DNA of 64,000 nucleotides from Acanthaster planci (taxonomy: Eukaryota): contig NW_019091358.1 in assembly GCF_001949145.1 (NCBI RefSeq), forward strand, positions 155,984-219,983. Direction: 5' to 3'. Made by a program: the position numbers and the translations under genes. This document shows, piece by piece, positions 1 through 9,524 of this stretch (its first letter is position 1; the number at the start of each line of letters is the position of its first letter). The notes below the pieces were generated by a model. It was not told where the DNA came from and did not search any database. It saw only the letters and a program-made list of their open reading frames with translations.

Positions 1-34
1 ATCGAGAAAAACTTTAAAAAAGTTTAACGTTCAA

Positions 35-322
35 TTGGAGAATGGTGAAGCGGGTGAAATAAAATATAAGTTAAATCGAGTTCTAAACGGCAAGATCTCT
101 AGAGGTAAACTGTTGAAGGCTTTAATTGCGGTATGTTATCAAGACGTGACAAAAGAACCTACAGAAGCCGTAAAAGATCTATTTCAAGTTTCGGATAAGC
201 ACTGGGAAAACGCCTTTGACAAATTAAACCTCGCCAAACAAGATTTCCAAAAANNNNNNNNNNNNNNNNNNNNNNNNNNNNNNNNNNNNNNNNNNNNNNN
301 NNNNNNNCGTATAGATTGCTAA
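35..322 (+). CDS. Partial viral hypothetical protein (interrupted by N-gap)
   Basis: Open frame in the gene-dense viral region, ending in a short tandem repeat (KQDF motif) that spans the gap. Confidence 0.4.
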   Translation: MENGEAGEIKYKLNRVLNGKISRGKLLKALIAVCYQDVTKEPTEAVKDLFQVSDKHWENAFDKLNLAKQDFQKXXXXXXXXXXXXXXXXXXRIDC

Positions 323-383
323 ACAAGATTTTTCAAAATGTATAGATTGACCAAACAAGATTTTTCAAAACGTATATAATAAA

Positions 384-1536
384 ATGGAGACTCACACGTT
401 TTACTTAACCGAGAGCGAGCAGACGTTTAAATTGAAAGATGTCCTTAAAAACACCAAAGGCGACAAAGTCGTCCGAGTAAAGAATATTCAGTTTGAAGCT
501 GGATATTTTAACGTAACAAAAGCGGCTGAAATTGAGTGGGATACAAACTTGGACGCTAGGCCCGCGGGGGTCCGTGGCGAACGACCGCCTGGAATACCTT
601 CAGAGGAAAGAACGGAAGTATCTCCCAATTCAGAATTAGTACAAACAGCTAAAACCAGATTGATCCCAGCAAATAAAAAAGGCACTTTAGCAGAAGAAAT
701 CAGCATCATCGCTGAGGAAATTGAGCAGCTAAACCAAGAAATCGCAACTTTGGAAGAGCAGTTAAACCAAAAACAACCATTAGAAACGCGAGCTCGTTTA
801 GCTTATGATATCAACGATAAAAAAGTCAAATCAGCTTCACTGCTCGAGGGGCAAAGACAAGCCTTGGATGAAATTTATGAAGGGAATCCCCCAGCTCAAC
901 ATACAATAAACTCCCCCGTACAACCCACGAGACCCAGAAGAGAATTAATTAAAAGACTTTTTTTGACGGGGCTAACAGAACTTATATACGATAGACTTCA
1001 TTCTTGAAGCTCATCTCAACCATTACCCGAGAGTAGGAAGCATCGTGGTATCCCCCGGTTATTATAACATGGACTGGTTTCACTTTTTGTTAAACTCGAT
1101 TCCAGGCGTTTCTTTTAAGGTTCACTCAGAATCTAAAAGGGTGACTTTGGCCATTACGGACCCCAATCTCAAGTTGCAACTAAATAAAGAAGTGTCTAAG
1201 CCATTGAACCTACCCAAAATAAAACTTTTACCCAACGTCATTTATGAAGGCAAGTACCATTTAAACCCCTTGAAACTCACGTTTATTCATTGCAAACAAT
1301 TAAATACATTTGACAACTTTTACAACGGGCAGTCTTCAGACTTGCTATACGTGATTGCTACCAAGCCTTGCACCTCAACACTCGTGACGTGTAAAACGTC
1401 TAAAAAGTTAATACACAGAAACATCAGTGAATTGACTTTTTCTGTTAAAAACGATCGAGGTGAGCTCTTGAATAATATCGGCAAAATATTAATCAAGTTA
1501 GACATTTTAAAAAACGTGTATATAATAAAAAGATGA
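384..1536 (+). pseudogene. Polinton-type minor capsid protein (penton) with central coiled-coil insertion; frameshift near 975
   Basis: ORFs 384-1007 and 1045-1536. C-half has penton-like motifs SPGYYN, FIHCKQL, YNGQSSDLL, ISELTFSVKNDRGELL. N-terminus TFYLT...IQFEAGYFNV is beta-rich. Confidence 0.75.
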
Positions 1537-2290
1537 CGACTAACGTATACCCAGATTTAAGTAAACACCCCGATTTGACTTTAAACTCGGCCAAACAAGC
1601 GGAGACTAAAATTTATTGCCTTCGAAAGATCGAAGAAATTAAATCTCGTATCCAAAGAGAACGCGACGTGCGGAAAACTACCTACAAAAAGATTAAACAG
1701 GTTACGTAGAGTATGGTGTAGATGCACTGGGCGCGACCTCAGCAGCCGTCGCAATTCCCGCCAATTGGGGCATCGTTACCGGACCCGTCGGACTTGTGAT
1801 GGAAGGCATCGCTATCGGTGTGTTGGATGTTTACGCTTCGCTAAAATATGCCAGTCGCCAATTAACTCACAAAACTTAAAAGCACGACTGAATTCGAATA
1901 TTTGCGGACGCTAAATTAAACACGATCGAGGAATACGTATCTCACCCGATTGAAGATGGTGATATATCCTAGGAGGAATTTGTACTCATTTTATCCGAGA
2001 TGAAAAAGTTTAACGAAATGAAAGAAAAGATCGGATCAAGTACGTCTACAAAATTACGAGCGAGCGAAGTGACTAGCAAAGAGGAATTTGAACGTCAAGT
2101 CAATGAAAGAGCGGAAGTGCTAGCCAAAAAACTGCCAGCCGTTTTAAAAAAAGATCTTATGAAAAAATTGGCGAATAAGTTTTACAAAGTCGGTCCTATA
2201 TCAAGATCTACCACCCATTTATCAAGCGACCCAACTGACGGCACCTCCTTTAAAATAAAAATAAAGATGTTTAAAAGAAATGGGAGCTAA
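1533..2290 (+). pseudogene. Conserved Polinton/adintovirus helical protein with a central hydrophobic segment (resembles the 'GasderminX'-type gene), disrupted
   Basis: ATG overlaps the penton stop (ATGA). Reads MTTNVYPDL..YCLRKIEEI..RKTTYKK / GIVTGPVGLVMEGIAIG / KHD*IRIFADAKLNTIEEYVSHPIEDGDIS*EEFVLILSEMKKFNEMKEKI, with stops and a frameshift. Confidence 0.6.
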
Positions 2291-3340
2291 CTTTAGTCAT
2301 TTATCGATCGTAGTCAACGAAGACAACTGGTTTTCAGCCGAGTTTCCAAATTTAACGCACGCGCATAAATTACTGAAAGTCACCATGGACGAAGCCGTCA
2401 ATCGCTGGGTGACCAATCCAATTTTGTTTTATCAAAATCAATTTAATTTCGCGGTCTATTGCGCGACAAGTGCTTGCGGCGTGGGTTTTGATTTACTGGC
2501 TGATCCTAATCTGTAAGTTTTGGCCTTATTTAATTGTCACGTATATTACACCGTACGAAAAATATTTTACAACTGCGTGATGCCCATTCCGAGCGACGAC
2601 GTATTTGACGCGTTACACAATAATTACGACCATCGGAAGTTGACAGACATGTGTCATTTATATGGAGTCGATCCAAATAAATCGTATAAACAAACTCGCG
2701 ATATTTTCNNNNNNNNNNNNNNNNNNNNNNNNNNNNNNNNNNNNNNNNNNNNNNNNNNNNNNNNNNNNNNNNNNNNNNNNNNNNNNNNNNNNNNNNNNNN
2801 NNNNNNNNNNNNNNNNNNNNNNNNNNNNNNNNNNNNNNNNNNNNNNNNNNNNNNNNNNNNNNNNNNNNNNNNNNNNNNNNNNNNNNNNNNNNNNNNNNNN
2901 NNNNNNNNNNNNNNNNNNNNNNNNNNNNNNNNNNNNNNNNNNNNNNNNNNNNNNNNNNNNNNNNNNNNNNNNNNNNNNNNNNNNNNNNNNNNNNNNNNNN
3001 NNNNNNNNNNNNNNNNNNNNNNNNNNNNNNNNNNNNNNNNNNNNNNNNNNNNNNNNNNNNNNNNNNNNNNNNNNNNNNNNNNNNCCGGTCCAAGTGAGGT
3101 TTTTTTTTCGCAAGCTCTCGGACAAGCACTGAGCATACAGTGCTTATTAATATACGTTGGGTAAGGGCAAAACCTGTTATATATAATTAAACTCGGGATA
3201 CATTGTCAAACGGATTAGGTACCGCTTATTATTATGACAACGGTTACGTACCTGTCACTAATAAAAATTATAATGCACACGATTTACACGTGACCAACGG
3301 TAAATACGCGGGATCTACTTACATGGGCTTTGTCTGAGCT
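2280..3340 (+). pseudogene. Conserved uncharacterised Polinton protein, interrupted by a stop, an N-gap and a host repeat
   Basis: WVTNPILFYQNQFNFAVYCATSACGV...CHVYYTVRKI...PIPSD...CHLYGVDP. The reading apparently resumes after 3189 as TRDTLSNGLGTAYYY. Confidence 0.6.
3085..3190 (+). repeat. End of a host dispersed repeat inserted in the viral element
   Basis: Clearly similar to 61951-62040 (ttttttcgca.gctctc.gacaagcact.ag.atacagtg.ttat.aatata...gggtaagggcaaaacc.gttata). Confidence 0.8.
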
Positions 3341-3547
3341 AAACCAACCCTGGGTAGCTAATGCACCGTTAGACAGGGCGGTCAATTTTAACGCGTCTTC
3401 GATAGATAATTTATTCAAATCGGGCGCTTTAATTTTAAATAACTTACTTGATAGCATAGCGTAACCTATGGAGATCGCTGAGACTACAGTGCCGTGGTAA
3501 ACCGTATTGGCAATTCTGTTTACATTGATTGATTTAGTGTTATTCAT
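3284..3547 (-). CDS. Small hydrophobic Polinton protein (C-terminus probably lost by deletion near 3340)
   Basis: ORF with YHGTVVSAISIGYAMLSSKL...DALKL...ATQGW, preceded by TATATATTAAAAATG. Confidence 0.55.
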   Translation of the reverse strand: MNNTKSINVNRIANTVYHGTVVSAISIGYAMLSSKLFKIKAPDLNKLSIEDALKLTALSNGALATQGWFSSDKAHVSRSRVFTVGHV

Positions 3548-3618
3548 TTTTAATATATAGTATCTTTAAATTGCTCGGCTAATATTTACCTTGTTCGACT
3601 CGTCTCGGATTTTTGACT

Positions 3619-4182
3619 TTAGTCACTGTTTGCACCTGCGTCTTCACAGGGCTGTTTGCTGGCGTTGGGCTCACTTCGTTCGCTTCTGTTGACATCCTCT
3701 TTTAATATAAGAGAACTTTTGTTGAACTCTAAATGTTTAGTGGTAATCAACGCAGCTGCCAATGATGATAAATAGACTCCGTATTTATTACAAATTTCAC
3801 TAAATAGGTGCCCCATGGTTTGACTTATAATCAGGTCGTCATTGAAATCTTTTGTCAGCGCGTCTTCGGACGCTAAATTGACGTTGAATCCTAAAATATC
3901 AACGGGGGTGGCAATTCCTAAAAGACGAGCGTATAAGCTTAGAATCGCGTTACCTAACGTATTAACAATTTCCTTACTGAATCCAACTTCATATAGGTTA
4001 ACTAATTTTTCTTGTTCTTGTGGGCTAAGCGACTCGATGTCTTTTATGGAGTACTCCTTTCCCAGGCACTTCTTTGATTCACCTGAGGCTACGATTGAAC
4101 AGAGTCTATCTTTGAAATCGGTCTTTGATTCCATGGGTGATTCGTTTTTTGAATCGGGGAGGATACTTTTAATGTCTTCCAT
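3619..4182 (-). CDS. Conserved uncharacterised Polinton protein (187 aa, intact)
   Basis: Intact ORF with KDRL..IVASGESKKCLGKEYS, LGNAILSLY and YGVYLSSLAAALITTKH. The conserved motif AAAACGTATATAATAAAATG includes its start codon. Confidence 0.7.
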   Translation of the reverse strand: MEDIKSILPDSKNESPMESKTDFKDRLCSIVASGESKKCLGKEYSIKDIESLSPQEQEKLVNLYEVGFSKEIVNTLGNAILSLYARLLGIATPVDILGFNVNLASEDALTKDFNDDLIISQTMGHLFSEICNKYGVYLSSLAAALITTKHLEFNKSSLILKEDVNRSERSEPNASKQPCEDAGANSD

Positions 4183-4414
4183 TTTATTATATACGTTTTA
4201 AAATTGTTGGACGTTTGCTTTAGGCATAAGTACTCAATTGTATTGTACGTTAGATAAGCTTCTATAGTTAATTGGATAAGTAGTTGAATTAACTGTAACA
4301 TTGCTGTTATTTTGTTATAACTAAAATAAAATTCGCTTATAGCCAGGCTGTGATAGCCTAGCTATAAGCAAAGTAAAGCAAATAAATAAGTAATTATAGC
4401 TAGCTAACATTAGC

Positions 4415-4961
4415 TTACAAGTCTGTTAACTCGGGAACCATATCACACTTGCGCATTGAGTTGCATCTCCGGCAAGCTAATACACAATTCCATTTTACGT
4501 GCCCAAAATCTGTGTGTCGCTTGATCGTCTCTTGGCTGGATATGTTGCAATTTTATGCTGCAGTCGTTGTAATAACAAAATTCATGGTCGTCGACTAATT
4601 CCTGTAGAAACTCTCTATCAATGAATTTTTCAGGGTTGAATAAATTATATTTTTTATCGTGAAATTTGCAAATGCCCAACCAACAATTAAACGTAATTTT
4701 TATCGCGTCGCTACAAATCTTACACGCTAATCTCCGTTTTTTATGAGGGCAAATGCCTGAACCTTCACATTCAATGCATTGAGATCTTCGTGTTTTGTGA
4801 ATACTTATCCCTGAGCCATGAATGCATTTAGGCCAATTATTAGAAATTAATGCTGTGGCATTACAGCTGATACATCCCGAACAGATTTTACCACTGTCTG
4901 TAAGTTTAAAGGAATCCATTCCTTTTAATTTATGGCAGCAACGGCAAATTTCATTCTCCAT
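4415..4961 (-). pseudogene. Zn-ribbon / CxH-repeat HNH endonuclease, frameshifted near 4510
   Basis: CxxC-K-F-CxxC N-terminus and CIH..CIECEGSGICPH..CKIC repeats. The shifted frame gives DFGHVKWNCVLACRRCN, an HNH-type GH-x3-N-x4-CxxCN signature. Confidence 0.7.
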
Positions 4962-4996
4962 TTAAATTAGTATTGTATTAATGCATTTTATCATTT

Positions 4997-5293
4997 TTAT
5001 TGAACAGAATAATTCACAGGTGGTTCAGTATTTAAGTATCAGCTTACTAAACTTCACGTCTCATAAATGTTTCTTAATTTCCTCTCGTTTCTCGTCTGGG
5101 ATTACATCGTTTTCGTTGAGACACTGATCAAAACTATTTCGATCTTTACAATGAAAGAAAGCCGTCCATGCCTTGTTTTCGCGGTAGTCTTTGAGCACTG
5201 AATTGTACTTTTGACTCAATAACCAATTTGTTTTCCGCTACCCGTTTTACCGATAATTAAAGCACGATGCGGATTTTTAAACATGTGGTTCAT
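4997..5293 (-). pseudogene. A32/FtsK-type genome-packaging ATPase, internally deleted
   Basis: MNHMFKNPHRALIIGKTGSGK (Walker A) is joined directly to WLLSQKYNSVLKDYREN...FFHCKDRNSFDQCLNENDVI; the Walker B region is missing. Confidence 0.8.
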
Positions 5294-5354
5294 TTTATTT
5301 TAACTCTGACTTAATCTAGTTTCTCTCACTTATTTTATTTTAAACTCAACAAAC

Positions 5355-6618
5355 TTAATGCACCAGACTTTTAAAATTTCCATTTTCCACCGTTAACTGA
5401 GCGTCCATTACTAAATATACATACATCGTCAAAGGTCCCACGGTTTTCACCTGTCATTCCATCTGAATCGATATATATCCACCGGCGCCTAGAGGTCTAC
5501 CTTACCCATGAGCCGAGTTATCGTCGGAACTTCTGAAATCGAGCCACAAGCCGGACTTATCTTTCAAATAGTCAGCCATATCAACCCCAATTAAGTTTTA
5601 ATCTTTCACCACCGCTCTTGCCGACTCGGTATCCGAATCGCCGAAGTACTTACTTATTTCGTTCCAATGTTGATATTCAAAAAGTCCCTGCGAGTACAAT
5701 TGATTTGGCTTACCTTCAACCGTGACTACTGTTTTAGTTACATGTGGATTGTAAAATCTTTGGGGGGTTTTAATAGCCGGGTCTCTAAACAAAATCAAAA
5801 CGCCTTTCAAGCTCTTGATCATTTGATCGATGCTGATGTTCCATAATGTGTCTGATTTATTAACCGCCTGCTTCTTCCATGAGTGAATCCGGTCAAATAG
5901 GTAAAAAACGAGCCCTTTGTGCTTGTTCCTCAATGTTTCCGCCAGTTCTCGGTTAGTGACAACTTCGCATTCTAGGGTAAGGTCTGAGATCACATATTCT
6001 GCGGCTGTGTCTGACGAGTTCACTACTTTATCGTGCCAGTTAAAAGTCAATTGATACGTCAAAGGCTCTTTAAACCCCGACGGATAGCAAGGCCCGTGAT
6101 CTGTCAACATCGGCGTGTCCAGTGGAATCGCGTATCTGTTTTTGAAAGTGTTGGCAATTGCTTTTTCTTTACCGTTGTTTGCGGCTTCGTTTTTATTGCC
6201 AGCACCCAAACGTATCTTGGCCACGTTTTCCTTCTCCAAACCAAAAAACGCTATATTTTTCGTCTGCGACAGAGGTAGCCAATTGTCCTTAGAATTATGA
6301 AACACCTCCGCATCTCGATAACTTACGATTTTATTGCCTTGTAAGCTTACGTTGATTTCTGAAACCAGGTTTCTCACCACGTTATTATACATGGTACGGT
6401 TGTCGTCGGATGCGCTGTCTAGATCGAGTTTAAAAGCCAGTACCGGGTACAATAACGTCGTCCATGCCTAAAGCGGGGAATTTCACGTTTGACATGTGAC
6501 CCGCGGCTATTGTATTCGGGTTATGGGTAATGGTTACCTCTCGTCTTTCGCCTTTGATCACGCGAGGAACTTTGAGCATGCGACTCGGGTTTAGTTTTTT
6601 CGTGTATCGATGGGACAT
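5355..6618 (-). pseudogene. Polinton/adintovirus major capsid protein (double jelly-roll), one frameshift and three premature stops
   Basis: KLNPSR..IKGERREVTITHNPNTI..VKFPALGMDDVIVPGT, NRTMYNNVVRNLV, IPLD, YVISDLTLECEVV, KSLKGVLILF, EGKPNQLYSQG, GLWLDFRSSDDNSAHG*GR, YLVMDAQLTVENG. Confidence 0.85.
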
Positions 6619-6646
6619 ATTACTTTTATATTGTACGATTTTTATT

Positions 6647-6877
6647 TTACTGAAATATTTTAAAGAGGAAAGAAAACGCAATTAACGTTAAACCCGCTGC
6701 GAAAAATAGGTCTTCGTATTCCATTAGTTGGCTTTGCTTTCTAAACGTTTCACTCTGGATTTCTAAAACCATATCGCCAATGGGATTGATATCTGCACGC
6801 ATGTCACCCAGCATCTGCTCAATGTTGCTTAGGTCAGCTTGAATTTCTGACAGTTGGTTTTTAATTTCACCATTCAT
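6647..6877 (-). CDS. Small coiled-coil protein with C-terminal hydrophobic segment (viral)
   Basis: Heptad-like N-terminus and hydrophobic LFFAAGLTLIAFSFLF tail; divergent from the ORF at 6898. Confidence 0.55.
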   Translation of the reverse strand: MNGEIKNQLSEIQADLSNIEQMLGDMRADINPIGDMVLEIQSETFRKQSQLMEYEDLFFAAGLTLIAFSFLFKIFQ

Positions 6878-6897
6878 TTAATTTACTTATTTTAAAA

Positions 6898-7302
6898 ATG
6901 GCTAGTGCTTTAATGATGGTTGGAGGAGCTTTCGTGAATGCGTTAGCGTTCACATTTGGTAGTCTAGCTAAAAGTAAAGTCGACGAAGAACGAAAGGGTC
7001 ACGACCTTGCGTTAGAGCAATTGGCGTCAGCGAAAGAATCCTGGGAACAAAACCGCGTACACATTCTAGATTTTCTGAATGAAAGAATGCGACAGGAACG
7101 CGCGAGTCAGCAAACGTTTGTAAACATGGACAAAGCGTTATGAGCTTATAGCGAATTGACTGGTAAAAATATAATGTCGTTACCACCAGAGCCTAAATTG
7201 TCTGATTTCTACGCCCCTTCCGAGGATCAAAAAGTTCGTGAGTTTGTGTGGATTTTAGGGTGCACGGTCTTAGTCGGTTTCTAAGCTTATCGATTTGCGT
7301 AA
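6898..7302 (+). pseudogene. Conserved Polinton small protein with hydrophobic ends (two premature stops)
   Basis: MASALMMVGGAFVNALAF..ERKGHDLALEQL..LDFLNE..*AY..LPPEPKLSDFYAPSEDQK..FVWILG. Confidence 0.65.
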
Positions 7303-7314
7303 CTTTATTTTAAA

Positions 7315-8316
7315 ATGGAAGAAACTTTTAAAAACTGTGTTTTAGCCCACAGGGTTATTGGAAGTGAGAAAGCGCCGTAGATCATCTACACGAAAAGACC
7401 AGTGCGGACAAATCAGTTATTAAGAACTGGCTAAAAAAGCAGGCTATTTGGCAAATATATTTATCCGCACCTGCATACTTACCGAGACCAATTACTTTGC
7501 AATCAGAGTCGGTCGAACCTAATTACGCGCATCAAATAGATATATTATATTTACCCTGGGATCGTGTTGAAAGAAAAACGTTTAAATACGCTTTGACTGT
7601 AGTAGACGTCGGTTCGTATTATAAAGAAGCAGAACCATTGACCAGTAAAACTGCCGAGCAAACGTCTGAAGCCGTGAAACAAATTTATAAAAGATTGCCC
7701 TTGACTTGGCCTAAAATTATAATGGTAGACTCGGGATCTGAATTTAGAGGCAAGTTTAAAAAGTTAATGACTAATCATGGGGTAGAAATTCAAGTGGGGG
7801 AGCTGGGTATTCATAGGTCGCAGGGGATCGTGGAAAGGTTTAACCGTACTTTAGCTGAAAGGTTATTTGGTCATCAATATGCTCAAGAAATGTTAAACGT
7901 GGGTGAGCGAAACGTGGAATGGGTAGAACGTTTGGCCCAGGTCCTGAAATCGTTAAACGAGGAAAAAACATGTTTAATTGATGCTGTTCCTGTCGAAGCT
8001 ATCAAATTAGACCGAGTGAAGCAAACACCTATTGCACCTCAAAAAGCGAGCCAAAGAGAATTTCCTCCAGATGCGGTCGTTCGGTATTTATATTAACCGG
8101 GCGAGCAAGAGAGCGGCACCGTCAAAAGGGCAACAGATTCGGTCTGGTCAGTGGACATTTATCACGAAGTGCACCAGTCAATTTAAACGAGTCAATGGCA
8201 GGAGGGTAAAGACGGGTCCCACTTTATATTATTTATTATACGGGCCAAATAGGAGTTTCGTCAAAGAAGAACTGCAAGTCTTACCCGAGGATACCAAATT
8301 ACGGCCCGAGTCTTAA
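7315..8316 (+). pseudogene. Retroviral-type (rve, DDE) integrase of the Polinton, frameshifted
   Basis: WLKKQAIWQIYL, HQIDILYLP (D), YALTVVDVGS, MVDSGSEF (D), SQGIVERFNRTL (E), C-terminal RSFVKEELQVLP. Confidence 0.9.
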
Positions 8317-8550
8317 CTGTGCAAAAACTGAATTAAGGGCTTTCTCTTTGTCTTTAAAATTTGAGTTGTTCACCCAGTGATAGATAAACGATTCGCGTTG
8401 TTCTTTTGTTTTCAGCTTGACAGATTGCTTAGCTCGATCGAGATCAGTTGTTTTAAATCCTCTAATCCTCAATTTATAGTGCCCATAAGCTAACGTATCA
8501 ACCCCGTCTGGTAATATATAGCAGTTTGTGTCTAAAGGTGGCAGACTCAA
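8299..8550 (-). CDS. Viral hypothetical protein
   Basis: 83-aa ORF converging on the integrase; TAAAATAAG immediately upstream of a TTG start. Confidence 0.4.
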   Translation of the reverse strand: MSLPPLDTNCYILPDGVDTLAYGHYKLRIRGFKTTDLDRAKQSVKLKTKEQRESFIYHWVNNSNFKDKEKALNSVFAQLRLGP

Positions 8551-8726
8551 CTTATTTTACGACACCGTGAATACCTGAATAGAACCGAAAGTATGATCAC
8601 TTCCGTCAATAAGCTGACCTCAGTTGAGCTACAGAATAGACTTTTTTCCGGTAGGTTTCCTGGTATAAAACTAAATCCACAATCGCAAGGATAACGGGGC
8701 TTATAAACATGAGCTTACAATCAAAT

Positions 8727-9459
8727 CTAATGGAGATCTTTAATATACTTTGTGTTATTTACTCTTGAGTCGTTGCTATCACTGTCAAATCCTAGTAACG
8801 ATTGCAATGCTGTTTTATCCCAAGTTACATTGACATTGTTAATCTTTAAAATAGCTTTTTCGACTTTATATCTAATGCTGGTGCCGCAAGACAAAGATCC
8901 ATGTGTGCCGTAATAGACATCTTTGGGACAAATAAACCAATATATTATTATAAGTCGATCTTGCGATATTAGATTTTTACAATGGTCAAACAACGTGGTC
9001 GTGATATGTAACTTGACATACATGCATTTTTTTGTGTAAGGCGGTTTAACCACAAATTCAACCTTTTCTAAGTCATCTATTTCACATCTGGCTATGTAAG
9101 CGTTGATCGTATTTGGTGGAATTTTGAGACTTTTTAGTCATGAGCGTGCTGATGTATTTGTAAGCTGCAACATTTATGTGGTTGAGTATATCCATCGTAG
9201 GCTCTTGAAAATGATAGCAGATTTGATGTCCAATGATATTTGGGGGATTTTTTCTTTAGCTCCAAATTTATAGACTGGATTTACCCCATAGCAGATTGTT
9301 TTGGTATCATGATCAACAGGCACTTTTCTTTGTTGTCATGGTTCTAAAAAATGGATCAATAATGTTGTATTTGTTTTTCACCCTTTTTTACCGTGGATTC
9401 TGCTATCACGAGTCAGATTCAAAGTCGAGATCAGGCTCAGCTTTTTTCCTAAATCTCAT
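8727..9459 (-). pseudogene. Putative viral ssDNA-binding (DUF2738/gp2.5-like) protein, disrupted
   Basis: ICYGVNPVYKF..IIGHQIC..., then MYVKL..TTLFD..I..L..DVYYGTHGSL..YKVEKAIL. The pattern resembles NCLDV DUF2738 proteins (recalled, not searched). Confidence 0.35.
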
Positions 9460-9524
9460 GCTTTTATAGCAACCATATTCACTGTTACTGTCGTATATAA
9501 ATACTACAAATGATTTATCATATC

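Noticed and set aside
2520..3164. Long ORFs spanning the N-gap (also 45971-46858)
   Set aside because: Artefacts of translating N runs
7315..8316. Integrase as part of an LTR retrotransposon
   Set aside because: No gag, RT or LTR nearby; it is embedded among capsid and ATPase genes as in Polintons
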